Below, one piece after another: positions 19,689 through 29,821 of a stretch of 64,000 bases of DNA. The DNA is taken from assembly GCA_044227095.1 (NCBI GenBank), contig JBGAFV010000001.1, positions 1,625,127-1,689,126 of the forward strand, given 5' to 3'. The stretch's first letter is position 1. Every line of letters begins with the position of its first letter. Below the pieces are notes generated by a model that was not told where the DNA came from, did not search any database, and worked only from the letters and a program-made list of their open reading frames with translations. The position numbers were made by a program, and so were the translations under genes. The DNA is from Chitinophagaceae bacterium (lineage in GTDB: Bacteria > Bacteroidota > Bacteroidia > Chitinophagales > Chitinophagaceae).

Positions 19689-20945
19689 ATGAGAGAAAAA
19701 CGGTCCGCCGCAATAGGATTTATTTTTATTACGGTGCTGGTAGACGTAATAGGCTGGGGATTAATAATACCAGTTATGCCGCGTTTGATTGCAGAGATGA
19801 AGCATATTCCTGTTAACGAAGCAAGTAAATACGGCGGCACTTTGTTAATGGTGTATGCACTAATGCAGTTTGTTTTTGCACCTGTGCTGGGCAACCTTAG
19901 TGATAAATATGGAAGAAGGCCTGTGTTGTTGTTTTCTCTTTTTGGTTTTGGCATTGATTATTTGCTGGTAGCATTTGCGCCAACGTTTGGATGGTTTTTT
20001 GTTGCACGGATTATTTCTGGTATTACAGGCGCAAGCTTTACAACTGCATCAGCCTATATAGCAGATATAAGTTCAGCAGAAACCCGAGCAAAGAATTTTG
20101 GTATGCTTGGTGCCGCTTTCGGGTTAGGTTTTATTATTGGCCCTGCACTTGGTGGTTTGCTTACGGGTTTTGGTATACGCGGACCATTTTATGCAGCAGC
20201 AATTCTTACATTATTAAACTGGTTATACGGTTATTTTGTTTTACCAGAATCATTAAGCAAAGAAAACCGTCGTCCGTTCTCGTGGTCGAGGGCTAATCCA
20301 CTTGGTTCATTACTGCATTTACAAAAATATCCTGCAATAGCAGGATTGGTGTTTTCGCTTGTACTGGTATATCTTGGGGCACATGCAGTACAAAGCAACT
20401 GGAGTTTTTTTACAGTATACCAGTTTAAATGGAGCGAAAAAATGGTAGGTATCTCGCTGGCAGTTGTTGGTGTAATGGTAGCATTGGTACAGGGTGGTCT
20501 TATAAGAGTTATTAATCCTAAACTTGGTAACGAAAAAAGTGTTTATGCAGGCCTTGGCATGTATGCCATAGGAATGTTCCTGTTTGCTTTTGCCACACAA
20601 AGCTGGATGATGTTTGCTTTTTTAATACCGTATTGTATGGGCGGTATTGCAGGCCCGGCATTGCAATCAATTATTGCCGGGCATGTACCAGCTAATGAGC
20701 AGGGAGAATTGCAAGGCGGCCTTACATCATTAATGAGCCTTACTTCTATTATTGGCCCTTATATAATGACACACTTGTTTTATTTTTTTACAAAAGACAA
20801 TGCGCCTGTTCATTTTCCCGGTGTATCGTTTTTATTAGGGGGAATATTAATGCTGGCAAGCGCTGTTATTGCGTATATAGTGCTTCGGAATGAAAAGGCT
20901 GCTACTGAACTGAATACGGCCGTTAACAAAATCTTTGAGAAATAA
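19689..20945 (+). CDS. MFS transporter (TetA/drug-efflux-like, 12 TM)
   Basis: Motif A-like [14 protein letters not shown] and 12 predicted TM segments. Confidence 0.8.
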   Translation: MREKRSAAIGFIFITVLVDVIGWGLIIPVMPRLIAEMKHIPVNEASKYGGTLLMVYALMQFVFAPVLGNLSDKYGRRPVLLFSLFGFGIDYLLVAFAPTFGWFFVARIISGITGASFTTASAYIADISSAETRAKNFGMLGAAFGLGFIIGPALGGLLTGFGIRGPFYAAAILTLLNWLYGYFVLPESLSKENRRPFSWSRANPLGSLLHLQKYPAIAGLVFSLVLVYLGAHAVQSNWSFFTVYQFKWSEKMVGISLAVVGVMVALVQGGLIRVINPKLGNEKSVYAGLGMYAIGMFLFAFATQSWMMFAFLIPYCMGGIAGPALQSIIAGHVPANEQGELQGGLTSLMSLTSIIGPYIMTHLFYFFTKDNAPVHFPGVSFLLGGILMLASAVIAYIVLRNEKAATELNTAVNKIFEK

Positions 20946-21111
20946 AAGTTTTATTACTGATTTAAAGGGTTACCTTTGCATTGCAATATTTGAGTTAGTC
21001 AGTTAGTAAGTGAACGATTTTTTCTGCTACGCAATTTCTGCTTTTAGTTAGTCTTCTTTATTTACGCTGTTTTTTCTCAGATCTTTTTTAATATTAAAGT
21101 ATTTTACAAAC

Positions 21112-21429
21112 ATGAACATTTATGTTTCAAATTTAAGCTTCAACGTACAGGATGAAGACTTAAGAGAGTTTTTCGCAGAGTACGGAGAAGTTACATCTGC
21201 AAAAGTTATTCTTGACAAATTCACTAACAAAAGCCGTGGCTTTGGTTTTGTTGAAATGTCTGATGACACTGCAGGACAAAAAGCTATCCAGGAACTTGAT
21301 GGTGCACAGGTTGAAGGCCGTGCTATCACAGTTACTGTAGCTAAACCAAGAGAAGAAAGAACAGGCGGCGGCAATGGCGGCGGCAGACGTTCTTTTTCTG
21401 GTTCTAACAATGGTGGAAGCCGTTGGTAA
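21112..21429 (+). CDS. RNA-binding protein with RRM domain and Gly-rich tail
   Basis: RNP2 IYVSNL and RNP1 RGFGFVEM, then GGGNGGGRRSFSGSNNGGSRW. Confidence 0.85.
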   Translation: MNIYVSNLSFNVQDEDLREFFAEYGEVTSAKVILDKFTNKSRGFGFVEMSDDTAGQKAIQELDGAQVEGRAITVTVAKPREERTGGGNGGGRRSFSGSNNGGSRW

Positions 21430-21468
21430 TCCAGTAGCGTATTTAAACAGTTAATTTGTTTCGATACT

Positions 21469-21502
21469 AAAAGAGGGCCTTATGGCCCTCTTTCTTTTTT
21501 TA
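21469..21502 (+). terminator. intrinsic terminator after the RRM gene
   Basis: AAAGAGGGCCTTATGGCCCTCTTT followed by CTTTTTTT. Confidence 0.7.
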
Positions 21503-21589
21503 ATCTAGTTGATCTTAATTGCCTGCATCCAATACTTTTCTTGGCTATTGTATCATTTCAATAAAAACAGTTTTTTATTGGTGCCATTA

Positions 21590-21877
21590 TTATCTCCAGT
21601 GTCCGCGGTTCCAACGGTATCCTTTTCTTGTTTGCGTCCAGCCTCCATCGTGCCATACACGGCCAGGTCTTGGTCTGTCCCATCTTCCTTCACGCCAGGT
21701 ATATCTTCCGCCACTCCAGTACCAGTCGCCACCAATCCATACATAATTAGGTCCGGGTGCTACAGGCCTTGTATAAATTACATCTGCCGGCCTTGATGCC
21801 ACTACTTCTGTTGGGCCACATGAATTGAATGTTAACGCAGTTGCTAATAATGCTATAGCTATCAAATAATTTTTCAT
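21590..21877 (-). CDS. small W/R/G-rich lipoprotein, hypothetical
   Basis: Lipobox LTFNSC. The mature region is VWIGGDWYWSGGRYTWREGRWDRPRPGRVWHDGGW. Confidence 0.5.
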   Translation of the reverse strand: MKNYLIAIALLATALTFNSCGPTEVVASRPADVIYTRPVAPGPNYVWIGGDWYWSGGRYTWREGRWDRPRPGRVWHDGGWTQTRKGYRWNRGHWR

Positions 21878-22055
21878 TGTTGTTTTTTTAATGAAGAATA
21901 ATTACTTCAATAAAAAAACTGTGCCGTTTGCCGAAGCGTTGTATACTATTGATTATGATGTTTAAAATGTTTTCATTACTAGGAATAAAGATGCCGGTTG
22001 TAGACAGATTTCTACAACCGGCATGCTCATTAAAATAGTATTATTAAAATAATTT

Positions 22056-22520
22056 TTATTGTTTTTCCGCAGGAGGTGGCGGCGGAGGATTATGATGCTC
22101 TTCTTCGTTCATTTCCGGCGCTTCCGGATGTGGTTCACCGTGATGGCAGGTGACACATGTTATTTCCAACTGTCCGCCAAATGAAGGATTTTTTACTGCA
22201 AAGAATTTCTTATTGATGTTCAGTGTCATCTTCATCATAGCTCTTGCAATACTTTTTTCTGGTTTATCATCGCTTGCAAAATCGGGCCATTTGGAAACAG
22301 TAGTATCTTTTGAAGGTGCGTGACAAAATCCGCATTTAACACCAAGTGCATTGTTAAACTGTTTCATTACTTTATGAAGATCTTCGTGGCTGATGTCTTT
22401 GGGAAGAATCTTAAGATTTTTATAACCAGGATCATCTGCAGGCGGGGTTGTAAATGCTACTGCTGTTGTAACTACAATGGCCATTGCAACCATTACTATC
22501 ATTTTTCTGTTCATGTGCAT
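22056..22520 (-). CDS. c-type cytochrome (two CxxCH haem-binding motifs), Pro-rich C-terminus
   Basis: CGFCHAP and CVTCHHG. N-terminal TM/signal. Confidence 0.7.
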   Translation of the reverse strand: MHMNRKMIVMVAMAIVVTTAVAFTTPPADDPGYKNLKILPKDISHEDLHKVMKQFNNALGVKCGFCHAPSKDTTVSKWPDFASDDKPEKSIARAMMKMTLNINKKFFAVKNPSFGGQLEITCVTCHHGEPHPEAPEMNEEEHHNPPPPPPAEKQ

Positions 22521-22606
22521 AAGAAGTATTTATGATTCGATAAATTTATAAAATTATCTCTATCGTTTTGTAATTGTACTGGTTGTTTCTTTTTTTCTGA
22601 AGCCAT

Positions 22607-24763
22607 TTATTTTTTTATGTACCTGTCAAAGAACTCCCATGTGCGCAGCATCTGATCTATACGTTGCCTGTTGTTGCCACTGCGTGTAAGTTCATGCGTG
22701 CCGCCGGGGTGCCTCACATATTCAACAGGCCTTCCTAATACTTTTAAACTGCGGTATAACATTTCACTTTGTACAAAACCAGTGCGCCTGTCATTGTCTC
22801 CATGAAAAATAATATACGGCGTTGTTATGTTTTGAACATAATTGATTGGCGATTCCCTTTCAAGATTAGCTTTTGCTGCTTCCTCCCATGGATAACCGCC
22901 AAAATAATTGGGCACCAATCTCCATGCATTGCCTTCACCAAAAAATGTTGCAAGGTCGTATACACCACGCTGGCTGCAGGCTGCTTTAAACCGGTGATCA
23001 TGTGCTATAATCCAAGCCACAAGATAACCAGCATAAGAACCACCGGTAACCACTAACCGAGAAGTATCAGCCCAACCTTCTGCAACTGCTTTGTCAAGCG
23101 CAGTAAGTACATCGCTTGTTGGCCCCGTGCCCCAGTCGTTTATATTGGCACGTAAGAAATCCATGCCATAGCCACCGCTTCCGCGTGGGTTGCAGTATAC
23201 TACACCGTAGCCCTTGCTGCACCAGAATTGAAACTCATGCCACATGCTTGTTTCGCCGGGGCCCCACATAGCAGACGGCCCACCGTGTATGTTTAGCAAC
23301 AATGGAAACTTTTTGCCGGCCTGGTAGTTTAATGGTTTCATTACCCAATACTCAATTGTTTGCCCTTTGCTGTTGGTAAAAGTTTTTTTCTCAGGAAATG
23401 ACAATTGTTTTTTCTGCACCCAGTCAAAATTTATACTGCTGATGCGTTTGGCATTTTTTGCGCTGGCATCTGCTAAGTATACTTCATATGGATCTGCAGG
23501 TTCTGTTTTTGCATAAACAAGTTTATTGTTTACAATATCAAAACTTACAATACCGCTGTTATAGTCTGTAAGCTGTTCTACCTGTTTTGTTTTTACATCA
23601 GCTCTATATATAGGAGCTCCACCATTGCTTTGCGCAGTAAAATAAATATACTTTTCGTCGTTGCTCCATACAAAACCAGCTTTGCTACGATCCATAGGAA
23701 TAACCATTGCATCTGCAGCCGTGCCATTTACCGGCATAACATTAAGTGAAGGTATGTTTACAAAAGAAGTGGTGCCAGATATAAATGCAAGCCATTTACC
23801 AGAAGGAGAGATTTTTGGCGAGCCAAAGCTTTTTCCTTCTTCTCCCAATATTTTTTTTAATTGCGTGCCATCAGTGTTTACAATAAATATTTCGTTTTCC
23901 TGTGAACGATCTGCATTTTGCAATGAATCTACATCGCCTGAAAGCAGCAGTTGTTTTCCATCTGGCGTAAAATCTGCACTGTTGAAACTATAAAAGCCTT
24001 TGCTTACTTCAACAGGTGCAGCACCTTGTTGTGCAGCTACAATAAAAAAATGATTGAAACGAATTTCCGTTGAGACATCCATTTCATCCTGGAAAACAAG
24101 TTTATTAACCACTTTTGCTTTTTTGTCTGTTACATTGTTGTCGAGATAGGCCCTTATCTCATCAATGTTTCCATCAGGATCTGCTTTGGCTGTATTGTTT
24201 TCTAACTGCTGATTTTTTTCAAAACCAGGTTTTTCGAACGGCCATGCAGGTATAGCATGTGTTGGATTTAAAACGGAATCTTTTAAAAGTTCTTTCAAAC
24301 CGATATTAGAAGAAAATAAAATTGATTTTCCATCGGGGCTCCATTTAGGCGTACCTGCACCGTATTTGTATTTGGTAAGCTGAATGGCTTCGCCGCCATC
24401 GAGTGCTATTAAAAAGATCTGTGGCTTTGCATCTGCAATGCGTACAAAAGCAATTTGTTTACCATCTGGGCTGAAAGCAGGTTGCGAAGAACTTTCTTTT
24501 CCTGTAAGCTGCTTCGGCATTGCGGTACCGTCAGTGCCCGTTACCCAAACCTGGTTTACGTATTTGTATTCCCATTTTGTATCGCCATCCGGTTCTATAG
24601 CAGTAACTGTAAAAGCTGCTTTGCTGCCATCGTTGCTAAGTGTAACACCGCTGATGGATTTTATCTTTAGCATGTCTGTTACTTTAACAGGGTCTTTAGC
24701 CGGTTGTGCAAATGCGAAGGAAGTAATTGAAAAAACAATAAGGGTTAAAACAATTTTTCTCAT
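22607..24763 (-). CDS. S9-family serine peptidase (beta-propeller + prolyl-oligopeptidase-type alpha/beta hydrolase)
   Basis: The C-terminal catalytic domain has GGSYAGYL (GxSxGG) and HGDNDRR...HPGGTHEL. The signal-peptide start is at MRKIVLTLIVFS. Confidence 0.85.
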   Translation of the reverse strand: MRKIVLTLIVFSITSFAFAQPAKDPVKVTDMLKIKSISGVTLSNDGSKAAFTVTAIEPDGDTKWEYKYVNQVWVTGTDGTAMPKQLTGKESSSQPAFSPDGKQIAFVRIADAKPQIFLIALDGGEAIQLTKYKYGAGTPKWSPDGKSILFSSNIGLKELLKDSVLNPTHAIPAWPFEKPGFEKNQQLENNTAKADPDGNIDEIRAYLDNNVTDKKAKVVNKLVFQDEMDVSTEIRFNHFFIVAAQQGAAPVEVSKGFYSFNSADFTPDGKQLLLSGDVDSLQNADRSQENEIFIVNTDGTQLKKILGEEGKSFGSPKISPSGKWLAFISGTTSFVNIPSLNVMPVNGTAADAMVIPMDRSKAGFVWSNDEKYIYFTAQSNGGAPIYRADVKTKQVEQLTDYNSGIVSFDIVNNKLVYAKTEPADPYEVYLADASAKNAKRISSINFDWVQKKQLSFPEKKTFTNSKGQTIEYWVMKPLNYQAGKKFPLLLNIHGGPSAMWGPGETSMWHEFQFWCSKGYGVVYCNPRGSGGYGMDFLRANINDWGTGPTSDVLTALDKAVAEGWADTSRLVVTGGSYAGYLVAWIIAHDHRFKAACSQRGVYDLATFFGEGNAWRLVPNYFGGYPWEEAAKANLERESPINYVQNITTPYIIFHGDNDRRTGFVQSEMLYRSLKVLGRPVEYVRHPGGTHELTRSGNNRQRIDQMLRTWEFFDRYIKK

Positions 24764-24802
24764 GACAGTAGTTTGAATACTGAATGTACGAATTGATTGC
24801 AA

Positions 24803-24925
24803 TGGAACGCTGATTTTTATGATTATGATGCTCTCTTTTACCACAGCGTTGTATGAGTTTTTCAAAGCGTTAAAAGAGTTTTTCTTTGCGTTCGCTACAT
24901 CTTTGCGTCCTTGCGTAAAACAATA
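24803..24925. repeat. composite intergenic repeat, inverted copy of the 13084/51660 module
   Basis: GGAACGCTGATTTTTATGATT followed by the reverse complement of CACGCAAAGGACGCAA...AAAAACTCC...CTGTGG. Confidence 0.5.
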
Positions 24926-25005
24926 AGAATTAAACCGCAAGAAATGTTAGCCATAGCATCGTGCCTTAATTATAATCCTATTTTTGAAGCCTAAACAATT
25001 TTACC

Positions 25006-25353
25006 ATGAGCAACTTAGTGCAGGAATTTAATGACTACCGTACAAAAATGAATGAGGTGATATTAAGCAAGGAAAACCTTGTAATGAAACGCCTCTGGAA
25101 CCTTGATACCAACACCTATGCAGAAGGTGCCCTTGATACAAAAACCAAAGAAATGCTAGGCCTTGTAGCCAGCATGGTATTGCGCTGCGATGATTGCATT
25201 AAATATCATCTTGGTAAATGCCATGAACTGGCTATAACTACCGAACAGGTGTATGAAATTTTTGCAGTAGCAAATATTGTAGGCGGTACCATAGTTATTC
25301 CGCATACAAGAAGGGCTGCAGAGTATTGGGAAGAATTGATTGGCAGAAGCTGA
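25006..25353 (+). CDS. carboxymuconolactone decarboxylase (AhpD-like) family protein
   Basis: LDTKTKEMLGLVASMVLRCDDCIKYH is the CMD core helix pair with CxxC. Confidence 0.7.
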   Translation: MSNLVQEFNDYRTKMNEVILSKENLVMKRLWNLDTNTYAEGALDTKTKEMLGLVASMVLRCDDCIKYHLGKCHELAITTEQVYEIFAVANIVGGTIVIPHTRRAAEYWEELIGRS

Positions 25354-25449
25354 TGAGCCGTCTTCTTCGTTAAAAACAATTAAAATACCCATTTAAAGTT
25401 TATAATTATTAGCGAACTTTGTACATTGTAACAATAATGCCTGTTTGAA

Positions 25450-26487
25450 ATGAGTGAAACAACAACGACCCCATTGCCGGCCCTAACCGCAAAAGATTTT
25501 GCTACAGACCAGGAAGTACGCTGGTGCCCTGGTTGCGGAGATTACTCTATACTAGCCCAGGTGCAAAAAATTATGCCCGGCATTGGTGTTCCCAAAGAAA
25601 ACATTGTAATTGTATCGGGTATTGGCTGCAGCAGCCGTTTTCCGTATTACATGAATACATATGGCATGCACTCTATTCACGGTCGTGCTACTGCCATTGC
25701 CAGTGGACTAAAAGCTGCCCGCCCGGAACTGAGTGTTTGGATTGTAACTGGTGATGGCGATAGCCTTAGTATTGGCGGCAACCATACCATTCATTTGCTG
25801 CGCAGAAATTTTGATGTAAACGTATTGCTCTTTAATAACCAGATTTATGGTTTAACAAAAGGACAGTATTCGCCTACTTCCGAAGAAAAGAAAATAACCA
25901 AAAGCACTCCATTTGGAAGCATCGATCATCCGTTTAATCCATTAGCACTTGCTATGGGCGCAGATGCTACTTTTATTGCCCGCAGTATGGACCGAGATCC
26001 AAAACATTTGCAGGAACTTTTAACCCGCAGTCATAAACACAAAGGCGCTTCTTTTCTTGAAATATACCAGAACTGCAACATCTTTAATGATGGTGCTTTT
26101 GAAGTATTTACCGAAAAGAGTAGCAAGCTTGATGAAACATTATTTGTTGAACAAGGAAAGCCACTCATTTTTGGCGCACAAAAAAATAAAGGCATTAAGC
26201 TGGATGGGTTTCGCCCAATAATTGTTGATTTAAACAATGGCGCCAGTGCAGATGATTTATGGGTGCATGACGAAAGGGATTTCTTTAAAGCGCAGATTCT
26301 TACACGTATGTTTGATAACCCGCAGCTTGAAGGTCACATGCCTCGTCCGTTTGGTGTGTTTTATGAAACCGACAGACCTTGCTATGAAGATGTAATGGCT
26401 ATGCAGATTGAAGAAGTGCAGGCTACCAAAGGAAAAGGCAATCTTGATAAATTGCTAAGAGGAAATGAAACATGGACGATTAGCTAA
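25450..26487 (+). CDS. korB: 2-oxoacid:ferredoxin oxidoreductase subunit beta (TPP-binding)
   Basis: WCPGCGDYSI...GIGCSSRF...VTGDGDSLSIGGNH is the TPP/Fe-S beta-subunit signature. No alpha subunit is adjacent. Confidence 0.85.
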   Translation: MSETTTTPLPALTAKDFATDQEVRWCPGCGDYSILAQVQKIMPGIGVPKENIVIVSGIGCSSRFPYYMNTYGMHSIHGRATAIASGLKAARPELSVWIVTGDGDSLSIGGNHTIHLLRRNFDVNVLLFNNQIYGLTKGQYSPTSEEKKITKSTPFGSIDHPFNPLALAMGADATFIARSMDRDPKHLQELLTRSHKHKGASFLEIYQNCNIFNDGAFEVFTEKSSKLDETLFVEQGKPLIFGAQKNKGIKLDGFRPIIVDLNNGASADDLWVHDERDFFKAQILTRMFDNPQLEGHMPRPFGVFYETDRPCYEDVMAMQIEEVQATKGKGNLDKLLRGNETWTIS

Positions 26488-26596
26488 GCCCCCCTGTCCC
26501 CCTAAAGGGGAAACTTAGATCGAACTGCGTATTGTTTATTTAGACATGCTTTATTTGAAAATAATTTAAAGAGCGATTTAGTGTAAATAAATTTAC

Positions 26597-26625
26597 AGGC
26601 CTTCCAATTGGAAGGCTATTTTTTT
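26597..26625 (+). terminator. intrinsic terminator after korB
   Basis: AGGCCTTCCAATTGGAAGGCT followed by ATTTTTTT. Confidence 0.65.
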
Positions 26626-26868
26626 GCAAAGTGAACAAAGAGAAAAGGGAATCAATAGCGGGGAAATAAAAACGCATACTGCAGCTCAATAAATATATCT
26701 TGTACAAGTGTGCGACGCAACAATGTTGATAGCATTTAGGTGGTTGGTTCAAAAAAAAAATTAAGTTTTTGATGAGATGATTATCAAAAAGCGTAAAAGA
26801 TTTTACTTGAGAAATGCTAAAAGAAGATCATAGTAATTAATCCATATCTCCCCTTTAGGGGCGGGGGC

Positions 26869-26900
26869 AAAAAAAAGTGCCGGCGATAGAAATCGCCGGC
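26869..26900 (-). terminator. minus-strand intrinsic terminator ~440 nt downstream of the cupin gene
   Basis: GCCGGCGATTTCTATCGCCGGC followed on the minus strand by ACTTTTTTTT. Confidence 0.5.
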
Positions 26901-27317
26901 CTGTGCTTACCTCTGAAACCACAAAAAGAAAACGTTTATGCTGATGAACAACAATTAATTTTTTGAACCACCTGTTAATTGATTGATTAGTTACTACCAG
27001 AATGGTAGCTGCAAATGGTTAACAGGGTTATTGTTATAAAGGGTGGAAGAAGACGGTTATTGGGGGATATTGAAAACAAATATGACGTTCAGCACAGTAA
27101 AAGCGCTGTAATTGATTACATTATAATAGTGAGGAGATTTGGAAATTAGCGTTCTGCTTATGGAAATTGGATGATAGAAAAGGGGGATCAGGATTATCAA
27201 GCCGGGCTTGAATGCTTACAATATAAATATTTATTATTTGTAAGAGGGCTTAAAAGTAAAGACTGTTAACGTAATAAACAATATTTTTCTATGTTTTTTG
27301 AAAAATAATCTTAAAAT

Positions 27318-28217
27318 CTAATTAAAGCCTTGCTGGTATTGGCTTTGCAGTTTACCTGCCGCTTCAAAGGCTTTCTCTTTTTTGTTTTTATACCACCATT
27401 CCGGGAAGCTTTTCTTCATTAATGTATCAATATTGCGCATGGCAAAAAGGTTCCAGGCGCCCTTTAATTTTCCACTGAAAGTGTTTTGTAAAGCCCTTAG
27501 GCTCATGGCAAAACCGCTTTCTATATACTCCATATGGTGCCAGTAACCTGCGGGCATAAAAAGTGTATCTCCATGTTCCAGTATAATTTCATAACCCTCT
27601 GCCTGCTCTACGGCCGGGAACTGTACAGTATCCAGCTGACTTTTACCCGGGTCTGCATAATTGGCAAAATTGGCAAAGCTTAATACTTCATATGGTTTGC
27701 GGTAAAGCTTATGCTGCTCTTCATAAGGAAAAAGCAGCACTCTTTTTTTGCCGGCAAACTGTGTGTGCAGAATATGAGAAAGGTCAATATCAAAATGCAT
27801 GTGCGTAATAGAACCCTGGCCACCAGTAAACAACATAGGGAAGCGTTTTACAAAACCATGCATCAGATCATCGGGCCATGAAAAATCTTTTACCAGTTCT
27901 GGTGCATGCTGAAAAATATTGAAAAGAAAAATGCGCAGTTCAACAGGGCCTTGCTTAATCATGTCCAGGTATTCTCCAAACTTCATATAACCATCAGCTT
28001 TATTTATTGGTGTATAGGCATCGCTCTTTACATTATCGTATACACCAACTTTTGTGTTGCCGGTTACTTCTTTAAAATAATCCCAGTTCCATTTATGGTA
28101 AGCAGGCCATTGTTTTGCCAGTTCTGTAATTACAACAGGCTTCATAGTGTTGTAATATTTTTCCCTGAAGATTGCAGGTTCAATACTGGAGACTTTATCA
28201 ACCGGTCTTAAATTCAT
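27318..28217 (-). CDS. cupin-like/JmjC-domain protein
   Basis: HxD...H core (ITHMHFDID ... HHMEY) in a double-stranded beta-helix. Typical of Bacteroidota 'cupin-like domain' proteins. Confidence 0.65.
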   Translation of the reverse strand: MNLRPVDKVSSIEPAIFREKYYNTMKPVVITELAKQWPAYHKWNWDYFKEVTGNTKVGVYDNVKSDAYTPINKADGYMKFGEYLDMIKQGPVELRIFLFNIFQHAPELVKDFSWPDDLMHGFVKRFPMLFTGGQGSITHMHFDIDLSHILHTQFAGKKRVLLFPYEEQHKLYRKPYEVLSFANFANYADPGKSQLDTVQFPAVEQAEGYEIILEHGDTLFMPAGYWHHMEYIESGFAMSLRALQNTFSGKLKGAWNLFAMRNIDTLMKKSFPEWWYKNKKEKAFEAAGKLQSQYQQGFN

Positions 28218-28526
28218 GCTTTCAGAATTTAAAGCAAATTTAGTATGAATTGGATGTTAACAGAACCCAGTTTGAATTTTTTAACTACTGCATGTATTGA
28301 ACAGTATAATTTTTAGGTAACCAGCAGTAGTAACGCTATTCAACTTTGCTTGCCCACCCGGATGAACAAACAAAAATATTTTTTTCCGTTCGGACGGGCG
28401 TCGCACACTTCAACTATTGCTGCACACGTGATCTTTTCTTTTTTTAATTAAGCAATATTATCTGTAAAAATTATTTTCTTTAAGAGCATTATCTAACAAC
28501 TGGTATTTTATGTTTAATTTACAAGC

Positions 28527-29150
28527 ATGTTGTTACAGGTTCACCCGGATAATCCGCAACCAAGAAACATAAGAATGATTATAGACTGTTTGCTTAGTGG
28601 CGGTATTATTATTTATCCAACAGATACTATTTACGGTTTGGGTTGCGATATTTTTCAGCATAAAGCTATTGAACGTATTTGCCAGATAAAAAATGTTGAT
28701 CCAAAAAAAGCGCAGCTTTCATTTGTTTGTCACGATTTGAGTGATCTTAGCAAATACACAAAAAGTATTTCAACACCTTTATACCGGATGCTTAAAAATT
28801 ATCTACCCGGTCCGTATACATTTATATTACCTGCCAGTAAAGAAGTGCCTAAAATTTTAAAAAGTAAAAAAGATACTATTGGCCTGCGCATACCAAAAAA
28901 CAATATTGCCTGGACCATTATTAAAGAATTGCAACACCCGGTATTAAGCACATCACTACCCGGGCAAAACGTAGAAGAGTATACAGATCCTGAAATTATT
29001 TATGCTAATTTTAAAAATGTAGCAGACATTGTAGTAGATGGTGGCATAGGAGGGATAGTGCCTTCTACAATTGTAGATTGTACTGCAGAACCGCCATTGC
29101 TGGTAAGACAAGGACTAGGTGTTTGGACGGATGAAGAAGAACACAATTAA
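28527..29150 (+). CDS. tsaC: L-threonylcarbamoyladenylate synthase (YrdC/Sua5 family)
   Basis: YPTDTIYGLGCD...IGLRIP...STS. Confidence 0.8.
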   Translation: MLLQVHPDNPQPRNIRMIIDCLLSGGIIIYPTDTIYGLGCDIFQHKAIERICQIKNVDPKKAQLSFVCHDLSDLSKYTKSISTPLYRMLKNYLPGPYTFILPASKEVPKILKSKKDTIGLRIPKNNIAWTIIKELQHPVLSTSLPGQNVEEYTDPEIIYANFKNVADIVVDGGIGGIVPSTIVDCTAEPPLLVRQGLGVWTDEEEHN

Positions 29151-29159
29151 TTAAATTTT

Positions 29160-29765
29160 ATGCAGAAAGAATACGCAAAATTTTTTAAAGACACATTGGT
29201 ATTGGAAACCACAAGGGTGATGCTGCGCTTAATGCAGCCATCAGATATGGAAGCATTGTTTTCTATTGCAGGCCCCGATGAAATTTGGAAATACTTTACG
29301 TTTGAACTAAATAAAAAAGAAGAGCTGCTGCAATGGATGGATACGGCAATGCGTGAAAGGGAAGAGGGCAAACGCATGCCTTTTGTTATTGTTGATAAAA
29401 GCACTGATAAAGTTTGCGGCTGCACCAGCTTTGGTAATATTTCTTTTTACGACAAAAGAATAGAAATAGGCTGGACATGGCTCGGCACTGCCACTATGGG
29501 CACAGGTATTAACCACCATGCAAAATTTGTTTTGCTCTGTTATGCATTTGATGCCATGGGTTTTGAACGTGTAGAAATAAAAACCGATAACCTTAATGAA
29601 CGTGCAAAAAAAGCACTGGTGCATATTGGCGCAAGAGAAGAAGGTGTGTTGCGCAGCCATATGCTAATGCCGCATGGCCGCCGGAGGGACAGTGTTTATT
29701 ATTCTATATTGAAAGAAGACTGGGAGACGATTAAGATGTTGTATTTTTCTGATGTTGCTGGATAA
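29160..29765 (+). CDS. GNAT-family N-acetyltransferase (RimJ/RimL-like)
   Basis: IGWTWLGTATMGTGINHHAKFVLLCYAFDAMGFERVEIKTD is the acetyl-CoA binding motif A/B region. Confidence 0.7.
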   Translation: MQKEYAKFFKDTLVLETTRVMLRLMQPSDMEALFSIAGPDEIWKYFTFELNKKEELLQWMDTAMREREEGKRMPFVIVDKSTDKVCGCTSFGNISFYDKRIEIGWTWLGTATMGTGINHHAKFVLLCYAFDAMGFERVEIKTDNLNERAKKALVHIGAREEGVLRSHMLMPHGRRRDSVYYSILKEDWETIKMLYFSDVAG

Positions 29766-29821
29766 TAAAAAATTATACCCGTAGTTTTTTAAAACTACGG
29801 GTATGCATGATTAAAACTCAT

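Noticed and set aside
21509-21877. Plus-strand ORFs 21509..21796 and 21519..21746 opposite the W/R/G-rich lipoprotein gene
   Set aside because: They are Pro/Ser-rich mirror products of the minus-strand gene, which has a proper signal peptide, lipobox and start context.
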